A stretch of 64,000 nt of DNA, taken from the IMG/VR virus record IMGVR_UViG_3300027816_000062; one strand, 5' to 3'. Positions 55,890-64,000 of the stretch are shown piece by piece. Within the stretch, counting starts at the first letter, position 1; every line of letters starts with the position of its first letter. Position numbers and translations under genes: made by a program. This DNA is from an uncultured virus (IMG/VR IMGVR_UViG_3300027816_000062). Lineage: Duplodnaviria > Heunggongvirae > Uroviricota > Caudoviricetes. Below the pieces are notes generated by a model. It was given only the letters and a program-made list of their open reading frames with translations. It ran no database searches and was not told the origin of the DNA.

Positions 55890-57056
55890 ATGAAATTTAC
55901 CCTTACACGATCTACTGCTTTAACAGTGTTAAAGCAAGCACTAAAAACTTGCAATACTAAGGCAAAGGGGCAGGCTGATTCTGAGTTCCTTTTTAAGCCA
56001 GATGACAATGCCTTGTTGGTTACATCACTTAATGAAACATCGGAGCAAAATATTGTTTTACAGTGCAGCGACCTAGAATTTGAACAGGGAGAGAGCTTCT
56101 CCGTGTCGGGGCAGGCTCTTGTAGAATTTCTGCAACAATTCCCCGAAGAAGAGGTAAAGTGTCTTTACAACCCTGATGACTCATCGTTTGTTATAGGAAG
56201 TAAGAAAACTAGATTTGCATTTCCTACTGGTTCGGGATCAGATTTTGTTCCCTTTAATTTTCAGTCTCATGGTAAGGCAATTGAGCTGCCCAGCAGCTCG
56301 TTAAGAGAGGTTTTGAAATCGACCGCCTTCGCTGCATCTCACGACTATACACAAGCTCCATTAACGGCGGTGCATTTAAAAATTGCCGATGATGAAATCG
56401 TTGCCGAGGCCTGCGACACATTGCGCATAAGCAGGCATGTCACGCAAGTAAGCAGCTTGTCGGACGAAGCCGAATTGCTTCTTCCTTATGAAACAGCAGA
56501 AAATTTAGTTTCTCTTATTGAAGACGTGGGCGACATTACCATACAGCCTGGCCAACGTCATGTAAGATTTGCATGGGGCGACACAACATTCACGTCAACT
56601 TTGGAAAACACCATTGGGAAACCATATCCTGAGCTTTCCAAATTTATGCAAGGCAAAGAAATTGGAAGAGTCAAAATCAGTAAGGGGAACCTTTCCACAT
56701 CACTAAAGCTGGCAGGTTTAGTAGCAAAAGATTCCTATGTTAATGTTGTTATTAAGCCGCTAGATAAGGATGGTCTGGGCGGAGGGCTTGTTATATCAGC
56801 CAATGAGCAAGCTGGCATGAGCCTGGATACATTAATTGTTCAAGAGCAATCTGGCGAAGCAGAGGTAAATGTGGCGCATAGATTTTTCTCTAAGGCTGTA
56901 GATTTTGTTAACAATCCCTGGGTGATTATTTCTTTCAGAGAATTAAAAGAAAACACCATCGCCTTGGTGTTGGTAGACGGTGGGTTTGAGCACCTGATAT
57001 TCCCAGTCACCCCAAATGCAACCCCAGATGTTGAAGATGAAGAATCAGAAGATTAA
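55890..57056 (+). CDS. dnaN: DNA polymerase III beta sliding clamp
   Basis: 388 aa; TAFAAS.D....LTAV, ACDT.RIS, G.PYP motifs. Confidence 0.85.
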   Translation: MKFTLTRSTALTVLKQALKTCNTKAKGQADSEFLFKPDDNALLVTSLNETSEQNIVLQCSDLEFEQGESFSVSGQALVEFLQQFPEEEVKCLYNPDDSSFVIGSKKTRFAFPTGSGSDFVPFNFQSHGKAIELPSSSLREVLKSTAFAASHDYTQAPLTAVHLKIADDEIVAEACDTLRISRHVTQVSSLSDEAELLLPYETAENLVSLIEDVGDITIQPGQRHVRFAWGDTTFTSTLENTIGKPYPELSKFMQGKEIGRVKISKGNLSTSLKLAGLVAKDSYVNVVIKPLDKDGLGGGLVISANEQAGMSLDTLIVQEQSGEAEVNVAHRFFSKAVDFVNNPWVIISFRELKENTIALVLVDGGFEHLIFPVTPNATPDVEDEESED

Positions 57057-58164
57057 CAGCCATAATAAGCAATGGGAAAAAGTTTATGTTGTATGTGGCG
57101 ATCCTCTATTAAGTAGATTATTTATTCAGGGCATACAAGAAGACTTGAATACGCCATCAAAAAGAACATTTGACAAGGGAGATTCACCTAAGTCCATTGT
57201 TAATGCACTTAAAGCTTTTGTAATGTTTGATACGCCAGATATGGTGGTGATTTACGACCCAAGCGCAGAGCAGATGCGAACTATTGAATCTTTTTTGGAC
57301 GCGGAAGTTATGACAGCTTCCGCGTTGGTAATTGCCACATTGGGGGATTTGCCAGATGGAAGGTCCAAATTTATTCAAAAAGCAGAAAAACAAAAAAGAG
57401 TATTTTTTATGTCGCCGATTGAATACAAGGACACAAAAAGTCTTAAATCACATTTGCTTGAATGGGCGGAAGATGCACAAGTGTCCTTTGATAAAGACGC
57501 AATTAATTGGATATTATCGAATGCTCCTGCATGTGTGGGAAAGATCAAATCACCCAGTGGCAAAAAAGATTGCGAAGTTTATGATTTGCAATCTATTGAA
57601 AATGAATTAGAAAAAATTAAAGTAATCAATAGCCTGGGAAATTACAAAATATGTGTTGCTGATCTTGAAAAGTATGTAAGATTTGATTATTACATTGATA
57701 TTTGGAGTTTTATTAATGTGGCAATTTCAAATGGCTCAAATGCAGGCGATGCATTAAAAATGATCCAGATTATTGCCAATAGTCAGGGCACTCAAGCTGC
57801 CTTGATCCTATTGGCATCTCAAATAGAATTTTTACTTTGCATTAAGTCATTGCAAAATAGAAATATTCAAAAAGCCGAGGCAATAGCAGAATTCATGTCC
57901 ATGGATTCCTATTTAGGTCGTTATCTTTTGCCCGATTGGACAGAAATTAACGAAATACCAACTTTACCCAAGCCGAATGCATGGCGCATTCGCAAGGCCA
58001 TTGAATCGCCGATTCCCTCGACCGAGCGATTATCTTTATTGTATCAATCAGTATTATCGGCCATTCGTGATTTAAGATCGGGGCTGGATGAAAGAATTGT
58101 TCTTCCGTATCTTGCTCTTTGCCTGGGCGGGCATAATTCCTATATCACACCCCTTAAACAATAG
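57037..58164 (+). CDS. holA: Clamp loader delta subunit-like
   Basis: VYVVCGD, D.R.KF, IENELEKI, IWSF; adjacent to dnaN and dnaX. Confidence 0.7.
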   Translation: MKNQKINSHNKQWEKVYVVCGDPLLSRLFIQGIQEDLNTPSKRTFDKGDSPKSIVNALKAFVMFDTPDMVVIYDPSAEQMRTIESFLDAEVMTASALVIATLGDLPDGRSKFIQKAEKQKRVFFMSPIEYKDTKSLKSHLLEWAEDAQVSFDKDAINWILSNAPACVGKIKSPSGKKDCEVYDLQSIENELEKIKVINSLGNYKICVADLEKYVRFDYYIDIWSFINVAISNGSNAGDALKMIQIIANSQGTQAALILLASQIEFLLCIKSLQNRNIQKAEAIAEFMSMDSYLGRYLLPDWTEINEIPTLPKPNAWRIRKAIESPIPSTERLSLLYQSVLSAIRDLRSGLDERIVLPYLALCLGGHNSYITPLKQ

Positions 58165-58224
58165 GTTCAAATCTTAGATTTGAAGAATTATATTGAGGAA
58201 TTAATAAGTTTCGGAGGTAGTTTT

Positions 58225-58815
58225 GTGGAAGCCCATTATCAATATATTAATGATTTAGTAACAAAATCACAAAATGGGGACACAAATGCTTTGTCAGATA
58301 TTGCAGAATTTTATAGCCCGCTCATATCTGCATCTATCCAAAGATGTATTCTTAGAGAACCCAGGCTTTTGAGATTCAAAGAAGATGTTGAAGCAGAAGT
58401 TTTTTTAATCCTTAAAAAGCTTGTAGAGAATTACGATCCCAATTTGTCTTATTTTTCTTATTATATATCCACTCGTTTAGATTATGCAATTATCAATCAG
58501 TGTAGGCAAACAATCCTGGGCCTTAAATCTAATTCTCGATTCTGTGAGGAAGTTTCTTTTTCTGATATATCAGAAGATTTAGATATTGTCAACCATGATG
58601 ATCCTTTTGGTAAAATTCATGTTGCGCAGGCAATTCAAGGGGCGATTGATAAATTGAATCCTCGACAAAAAGAAGCAATAGAAGCTTACTTTTTTGACAA
58701 CTTAACTCAGCAAGAAGCCGCGAAAAAACTTGGCATTACACAAGCTTCGTTTTGTAAAAGGCTTCAGCGAGGCCTGAACAGCATGAGAGAATTATTATCC
58801 GAAGATTTTATTTAA
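58225..58815 (+). CDS. Sigma-70 family sigma factor
   Basis: YDP..SYFSYY region 2; L.PRQKE.I...FF..LTQQEAA..LGITQ region 4; GGAGG RBS before GTG. Confidence 0.88.
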   Translation: MEAHYQYINDLVTKSQNGDTNALSDIAEFYSPLISASIQRCILREPRLLRFKEDVEAEVFLILKKLVENYDPNLSYFSYYISTRLDYAIINQCRQTILGLKSNSRFCEEVSFSDISEDLDIVNHDDPFGKIHVAQAIQGAIDKLNPRQKEAIEAYFFDNLTQQEAAKKLGITQASFCKRLQRGLNSMRELLSEDFI

Positions 58816-58992
58816 CAAAAGGAATATTTTTCACAATTTAATCCAACTATATTTCTATGCCGCATATTTTTATGGCAAATTTTGTCATAAAAATATATTA
58901 ACATATGTTTTAGCAGGATTTTGCTCAATCAATATGAAAATATATTATGCGGAGTATTTGAGGGACAATCCTTCGCCAAGGAGATTCAAGAC

Positions 58993-59718
58993 GTGTTTGC
59001 CGCCAAAGATGCTGATATCATCTACAACTGGAAAAATGAACTTCGCCAAACCAATAAAGGTGAAAAGACCGTAGCTGCACAAAGCGCATTAGATTTGCAA
59101 AGACGAGGCTTTAGCGCAGCGGAGGCCATAGAATTGCTAGCTGCCGACAAGTTTGGGCTCGATGTTGCCGAAAGCGCAGTTTATGAAATTTATGGCAAAG
59201 AGCAGCGGGAAGCTAGAAAAAACATTGTAAAAACCGCGATGGTCGTGCCAACATCTTATAATGACGTTGCTCCCATCATTGAGGAAACACTTTCGAGACT
59301 TTCTCCGAAAGAATTTGTCCATAAATTGGCTAGAAGCGAAATGCCAATTTTAAGAGTGTCTTCAAAAAACATCGAATCTTGGTACAGGCTCGCCACGGCT
59401 GCTAAGGAATACGGCGGGCATGCTATGACCGTGTTGCATTCAGAACTTCGGCCCTGGGTTGAAGAAACTATGCTTAAATCAGTTCTTATCGCAGAAAAAG
59501 AAAACTCAAGTATTCAGAGGCTTTCTTCTGACAGAAAACAATTTAGAGTTGCCATGCAAAAAGAATCAGCAGATGTGGACTTGGACATGGGCGTTTCCAC
59601 GGGAACAAGATTCCAGAAAGGCAATTTTTCTGACTTTGGCCTAGCTGATGAATTTATGATCCAGGCTGCTGATCATTCATCGCCTTATGAGCGCTTAAAA
59701 CGCGCACTTAGCATGTAA
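58993..59718 (+). CDS. Hypothetical protein
   Basis: AAGGAG RBS before GTG 58993. Confidence 0.75.
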   Translation: MFAAKDADIIYNWKNELRQTNKGEKTVAAQSALDLQRRGFSAAEAIELLAADKFGLDVAESAVYEIYGKEQREARKNIVKTAMVVPTSYNDVAPIIEETLSRLSPKEFVHKLARSEMPILRVSSKNIESWYRLATAAKEYGGHAMTVLHSELRPWVEETMLKSVLIAEKENSSIQRLSSDRKQFRVAMQKESADVDLDMGVSTGTRFQKGNFSDFGLADEFMIQAADHSSPYERLKRALSM

Positions 59719-59843
59719 ATAAAAGTATCATAATCAAACTCTGTTTCTGATTTTCAGATTAAAACAGAGTTTGATTATTTTTTTTTAGACATGCTTTTTA
59801 AATTGTATAAAAAGCAATAGTTTAATAAGGAGACGGCAGCGAT

Positions 59844-60587
59844 TTGAGCGATAATGATCAGGAAAACTTTGACAGTCAAGAAATTATTGACGATCAAAGT
59901 AAAATAATAGATGTTTTAGACCTAGAAGATAAACAATCATTATCTATGCCCGAGGTGTCTGATGAAGAACTTAGGTTATTCAGAGACTTAAAAGATGGGG
60001 AGAAGCCAATTATACCTATCCCAAAGGAATACCCCCTTTCTATTCACTATCCCCAATTTACTGAAAAAAGATGCGCAATTTGCTCTAGTCCATTCAGGGA
60101 CCTTGCAGAACACGTATACATACACAATGCAAAAAAACCACAAGAAGTTATAAAGTTCTTTGAAAGACATTTTAATGCAAAGCTTAATTGGACACAGGTC
60201 CAAAATCACATGGAAAGCCACTGCAATTTAAGAAACATTGCAGTTAAAGGCCTTGAAACATATCGCAACCGTGAAGAAGACGTTGCTGAATGGATGGGCA
60301 GAGAGTATTATTTAGTAATGTTGGCGCTTTTAAGTGAACTTGACTCTGTTGCTGGTATCGATTGTTCAAAAAATCCCGAGCTTAAACTAAAAAGAGCCAG
60401 CATGGTAGAAAGACTGACAACAAAAATCAGGGAGCTTAAGAAAGACATGGATGATGTTATGGGAGCATTTAACATCTTTGAAATTTTGCTGAATTTGCAC
60501 AATCAAATGGAAAGTGAATTTGATAAAAAAATGATTCGAGACGTAACCAGCGAATTAAGAAAGAAACTTCAAGAAAGACAAGGATAA
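59844..60587 (+). CDS. Hypothetical protein, terminase small subunit candidate
   Basis: CAIC...H...H plus helical C-terminus; immediately upstream of terL. Confidence 0.5.
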   Translation: MSDNDQENFDSQEIIDDQSKIIDVLDLEDKQSLSMPEVSDEELRLFRDLKDGEKPIIPIPKEYPLSIHYPQFTEKRCAICSSPFRDLAEHVYIHNAKKPQEVIKFFERHFNAKLNWTQVQNHMESHCNLRNIAVKGLETYRNREEDVAEWMGREYYLVMLALLSELDSVAGIDCSKNPELKLKRASMVERLTTKIRELKKDMDDVMGAFNIFEILLNLHNQMESEFDKKMIRDVTSELRKKLQERQG

Positions 60588-60591
60588 CCAA

Positions 60592-63500
60592 ATGAAAAAA
60601 GGCAGGCCGTCAAAGCCCGAATATTTAAAGCAAGATAAAAAAACATCTCTAATGCAGCAACTAGCGGCGCTAGAAGATAGTTTTAAAAATCAAGGATATG
60701 AGGGCGAATATGATGATGAAATTATGCCCAGTGTTCGGGCCGAAGTGATGCCTCCGCCAACGCCAGAAAAAACTAATTATAATCCTGATCAAATCGTAGA
60801 TATTGTTACATTTATGGAGCATCCTTATTTTTGTAACCTTAAGCCATATCCGTGGCAAAGGCTTATATTAAAGTGTTTTTATATGGGCCAAGAAGGCAAT
60901 ACAAATTTAGAAATTCAGGATGTTGACCAAGATGTTCGGGAATCTGGAACTTGTGATGGATGTGTTTGGAAATATGTCCGTAACGATGAAGAAAAAGTTT
61001 ACAAAGGCAGAAAAGATGGGAAGCAATTAAGAAATATATTTTCTGTTGTTAACTCTCCGTGTTTAACATGTGAACGATTTGATGACACCTTGCGAGAAGA
61101 TAGGTACGTTGCAGCAAGGCACGAGGCAACAAACCCAGACGATTCCAGAAAGATTGACAATCTTATTAAGAGGCCCATATCTGATAATTATGAGACAGAA
61201 TATGATCTTTTGCATGCATCTGAATTTGACCCATTGCTAAGAAAGCAAGTTTTAGACAAATGCACAAATCGTTATAAGTTTCAAGAATTGATTCTTGTTT
61301 TAGGCAGAAGATCGGGCAAGGCCTTGGCCTTAGATACTCCTGTGCTCACTACTAAAGGATGGAAGACTATGGGCACATTGCAAGTCGGCGATTACGTGTT
61401 TGGCGACGATGGATTTCCCACACGCATCATTGCGGCCACAGAACCTATGGAAGGGCGAATATGCTACAGGATGAGATTCTCCAATGGAGACACAATCGTG
61501 GCCGATGAACAACATCAGTGGCGTGTCGTAAGCAAGCGCGAGCGCAAAAATCAGCCACGCGCTCGGATTCCTCGCGAGCTGCGCCAAGAAATCAAAACAA
61601 CCAAAGAAATAGCTCAAACGCTTTTACATGGACGTTCCCGCACAATAGTGGATTGCAAAACGGGGAAATCTCGCATTATGGGCGCAGAGAGGAATTGGTC
61701 CGTGGAATTAGCTTCACCTTTGCAAATGCCAGAGGCCGATCTACCTATTGCTCCCTACCTAATGGGAGCTTGGTTAGGAGACGGCTGTTCAACACACGGT
61801 CATATAACTAGCAACACAATCGAAGTAATAGATCGCATTCGTGAAACAACTTCCTATAATCCATGGAAGCAAGCTTGCAATCCGTTTGGTTACTGCATCG
61901 GTAAGGACGCAAACGAAGTTTCTTTCAAGGAAAGGCTTCGAGATTTGGGGCTGCTTGGCAAGGGTCGAAAACACATACCTACCGCATATCTTCTTGCTTC
62001 AGAACATCAGCGATTAGAGTTGTTGCGCGGATTGGTGGATACAGATGGTCACGTTTGCGCAAGATCGGGCCGTATCGAGATAACAACTGTTTATGACGAT
62101 CTTGCACGAGGCATTCACTCGCTTGTGTGCTCACTTGGGCAGAAAGCCACCATTTTAACGGGTGATGCTACGCTTAATGGCAAGTTTGTTTCCAAAAAAT
62201 ACCGCATCTGTTTTACGCCTAGAAATGGATTATTGCCAGCCACACTGTCATACAAGCGGGATCGCGTTAGTCATGCTAAAAAGTCTGATGTCGGTCGTAT
62301 ATTCATTGAAAAGGTTGAAAAATTGGCGGAATCAGTGCCTGTCCGCTGCATTCAAGTAGATAATGCAAGTAATATGTTCCTGGCTGGCAAAAGTCTAGTG
62401 CCGACGCACAACAGCTTTCTTGTCTCTGTGATGGCTCTTTACGAGTTGTACCGACTGCTTGCAATGGGTCACCCCCAGGCTCGATACGGCTTGATGGAGT
62501 TTGATGAAATAGTCTTGCTTAATGTGGCCCGAAACGAAGAGCAGGCCAAAAAAGCCATCTTTTCCAAAATCAAACAAACGGTTCTGGCTTCGCCATTTTT
62601 CCAGCCCTATGTTGGAAAAGACACAGAGCTGGAAATGCGATTCTTTACCGATCATGACAAAAAAGAAAATGAACGTCGGGCCGAAAATGGAATTAATTTA
62701 TTTTCTGGTTCATTAGTACTTAGATGTGGCTCTTCTAATGCCTCTGGATTGGTGGGATTAACTTGTTGGTCAATCATCATGGACGAGGTTGCAGCCATGG
62801 CAGGAGATAATCCTGATTCTGGCCTAGACTATGCACTATATGATGATTTAAAGCCCTCGGGCGCTACCTTTGGTAAAGATTTCAAAATGATGATGCTATC
62901 CAACCCAAAGGGTCCGATAGGGTTGCTTTACGATCTGCATGAAAATCGCCAAGATGATCCGACAACACTTGTAATGCGGCTTGCAACCTGGTTGACAAAC
63001 CCCAGCATCGACCAAGAGTGGCTTGAAGAACAAAAGCGCAAAGACCCCACTGAGTTCCAGATGCAATTTGGTGCAGAATTTGGGGCTGCATCAAGTGATC
63101 CGATGTTCACAGTGGATCAAGTGAATGGCATGTGGGCTATGACCTCAACAACGCCACGGGCCGAACATGGCCAGCCGCTTATTGAATATTACGCTCACCT
63201 TGATCCAGCGAGAACAAGCGACTATTATGCATTAGTGGTCTCTCACGCTGAACAAATTTATCCAATTCAAATCGGGCCAGATAATAAGCCATTAAAGCGA
63301 GTTGTTATTGATCATATACATTTTTGGAATCCCCGCACAAAGAATCAGCCTGTCTCTGAAAAAGAAGTGGAAGATTATTTGATAGAATTGCATCAAAAAT
63401 TTAAGTTTAAGCAAGTAAGTTTTGACCAATGGCATAGTCAATCATCAATCATTAGACTAAAGAGCATGGGCATTAATGCCGTTGAAAGACAATTTAATCA

Positions 63501-63816
63501 AGAATACAAAGGAAAAATTTATTCTGAATTAATGCAATTAATCAGAGAACAAAGAATAGATATTTATGGAATTTCTGGTGGCACCTATCAAGATGCCAAG
63601 GGCGTGGTTCAAGACCTTAACGAAATTGCTGAGGCTAAAATTCAATTTACATTTTTGCAAAAAGTTTGGAAAGGCAAAAGATTTGAGATCAAAGCACTGT
63701 CTGGATACAAAGACGACATATGTGATGCTGTTGCGGCAGCGGCATATGAATGTTTGACGGCAAGGGTGCTAAGCAGTTTTCCAAAATCGAGAGTGGCCAG
63801 AACTGGCGCTAGATAA
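60592..63816 (+). CDS. terL: Terminase large subunit (intein-containing)
   Basis: PWQ, Walker A GRRSGK|S, IIMDE, SNPKG, FGAEF, HLDPA, FDQW, DDICDAV. Confidence 0.92.
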   Translation: MKKGRPSKPEYLKQDKKTSLMQQLAALEDSFKNQGYEGEYDDEIMPSVRAEVMPPPTPEKTNYNPDQIVDIVTFMEHPYFCNLKPYPWQRLILKCFYMGQEGNTNLEIQDVDQDVRESGTCDGCVWKYVRNDEEKVYKGRKDGKQLRNIFSVVNSPCLTCERFDDTLREDRYVAARHEATNPDDSRKIDNLIKRPISDNYETEYDLLHASEFDPLLRKQVLDKCTNRYKFQELILVLGRRSGKALALDTPVLTTKGWKTMGTLQVGDYVFGDDGFPTRIIAATEPMEGRICYRMRFSNGDTIVADEQHQWRVVSKRERKNQPRARIPRELRQEIKTTKEIAQTLLHGRSRTIVDCKTGKSRIMGAERNWSVELASPLQMPEADLPIAPYLMGAWLGDGCSTHGHITSNTIEVIDRIRETTSYNPWKQACNPFGYCIGKDANEVSFKERLRDLGLLGKGRKHIPTAYLLASEHQRLELLRGLVDTDGHVCARSGRIEITTVYDDLARGIHSLVCSLGQKATILTGDATLNGKFVSKKYRICFTPRNGLLPATLSYKRDRVSHAKKSDVGRIFIEKVEKLAESVPVRCIQVDNASNMFLAGKSLVPTHNSFLVSVMALYELYRLLAMGHPQARYGLMEFDEIVLLNVARNEEQAKKAIFSKIKQTVLASPFFQPYVGKDTELEMRFFTDHDKKENERRAENGINLFSGSLVLRCGSSNASGLVGLTCWSIIMDEVAAMAGDNPDSGLDYALYDDLKPSGATFGKDFKMMMLSNPKGPIGLLYDLHENRQDDPTTLVMRLATWLTNPSIDQEWLEEQKRKDPTEFQMQFGAEFGAASSDPMFTVDQVNGMWAMTSTTPRAEHGQPLIEYYAHLDPARTSDYYALVVSHAEQIYPIQIGPDNKPLKRVVIDHIHFWNPRTKNQPVSEKEVEDYLIELHQKFKFKQVSFDQWHSQSSIIRLKSMGINAVERQFNQEYKGKIYSELMQLIREQRIDIYGISGGTYQDAKGVVQDLNEIAEAKIQFTFLQKVWKGKRFEIKALSGYKDDICDAVAAAAYECLTARVLSSFPKSRVARTGAR
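61321..62412 (+). mobile_element. Class 3 intein with LAGLIDADG homing endonuclease (364 aa)
   Basis: Starts ALALDTPV, ends VPTHN|S; ADEQHQW, VRCIQV, PTHN (W-C-T triplet); LMGAWLGDG and LLRGLVDTDG. Confidence 0.9.
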
Positions 63817-63901
63817 TTTGTGTAATTTTGTTGTCAAGGATATTTTAGCGATCAGGTAGAATATCCTAATTAAATTTGTTCTAAACAAAGGGAGATGCTT
63901 T

Positions 63902-64000
63902 ATGTCAACAAACAAGTCTAGTCAAGGCCCAATGGAACGCCAATCACAATATGGTGGGGTTGGCGGAGGGCAATCTCCTTTTGCGCCTGGGGGCTCGCCG
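63902..64000 (+). CDS. Start of next ORF (partial)
   Basis: GGGAG RBS, MSTNKSSQGPMERQSQYGG... open to the window end. Confidence 0.5.
   Translation, partial: MSTNKSSQGPMERQSQYGGVGGGQSPFAPGGSP

Noticed and set aside
13353..58164. Genome-wide TAG recoding
   Set aside because: Conserved genes are intact in the standard code and TAG acts as a plausible stop at 13353 and 58164; only the 14056 case is odd

Overview
This window is a 64-kb segment of a large (jumbo-type) tailed dsDNA phage genome; the host cannot be determined from the sequence. (1) 1-5.5 kb is an array of about 15 short transcription cassettes. Each is headed by the same non-canonical promoter-like motif (AAAWCCCC-N17/18-CGGATATATAA), most are closed by hairpin terminators, and a second dyad repeat (GATCGTG-N3-CACAATC...GAAAG) lies between them. 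Most cassettes carry one small gene, several of them leaderless, including an unannotated 35-aa prepilin-like peptide. Three cassettes carry no credible ORF and fold into structured 180-290 nt RNAs, which is the most novel signal here. (2) 5.5-6.0 kb is a non-coding, GATC-rich iterated-repeat block, a candidate origin, genome end or injection-control region. (3) 6-23 kb holds accessory genes (HD hydrolase, RNase AS-like exonuclease, Ugd, PD-(D/E)XK nuclease, Fic, SLOG, GIY-YIG, RusA, DUF1599, membrane proteins) and proteins sharing a helical 'IA..LD..G....AD...AQ' motif. (4) 23-59 kb is a bacterial-type replication, recombination and nucleotide module: split SbcC plus SbcD, Ycf46-like AAA+, DnaC-like loader, DnaB, split DnaG, DnaE with an insertion, SSB, RecA, dCMP deaminase, RecJ, NrdJ, dUTPase, DnaX, DnaN and HolA, together with IF3, SpoVS and 2-4 sigma-like factors. 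(5) 60.6-63.8 kb is the terminase large subunit, which carries a class 3 LAGLIDADG intein. All calls come from motif recognition by eye; no database searches or folding programs were run.
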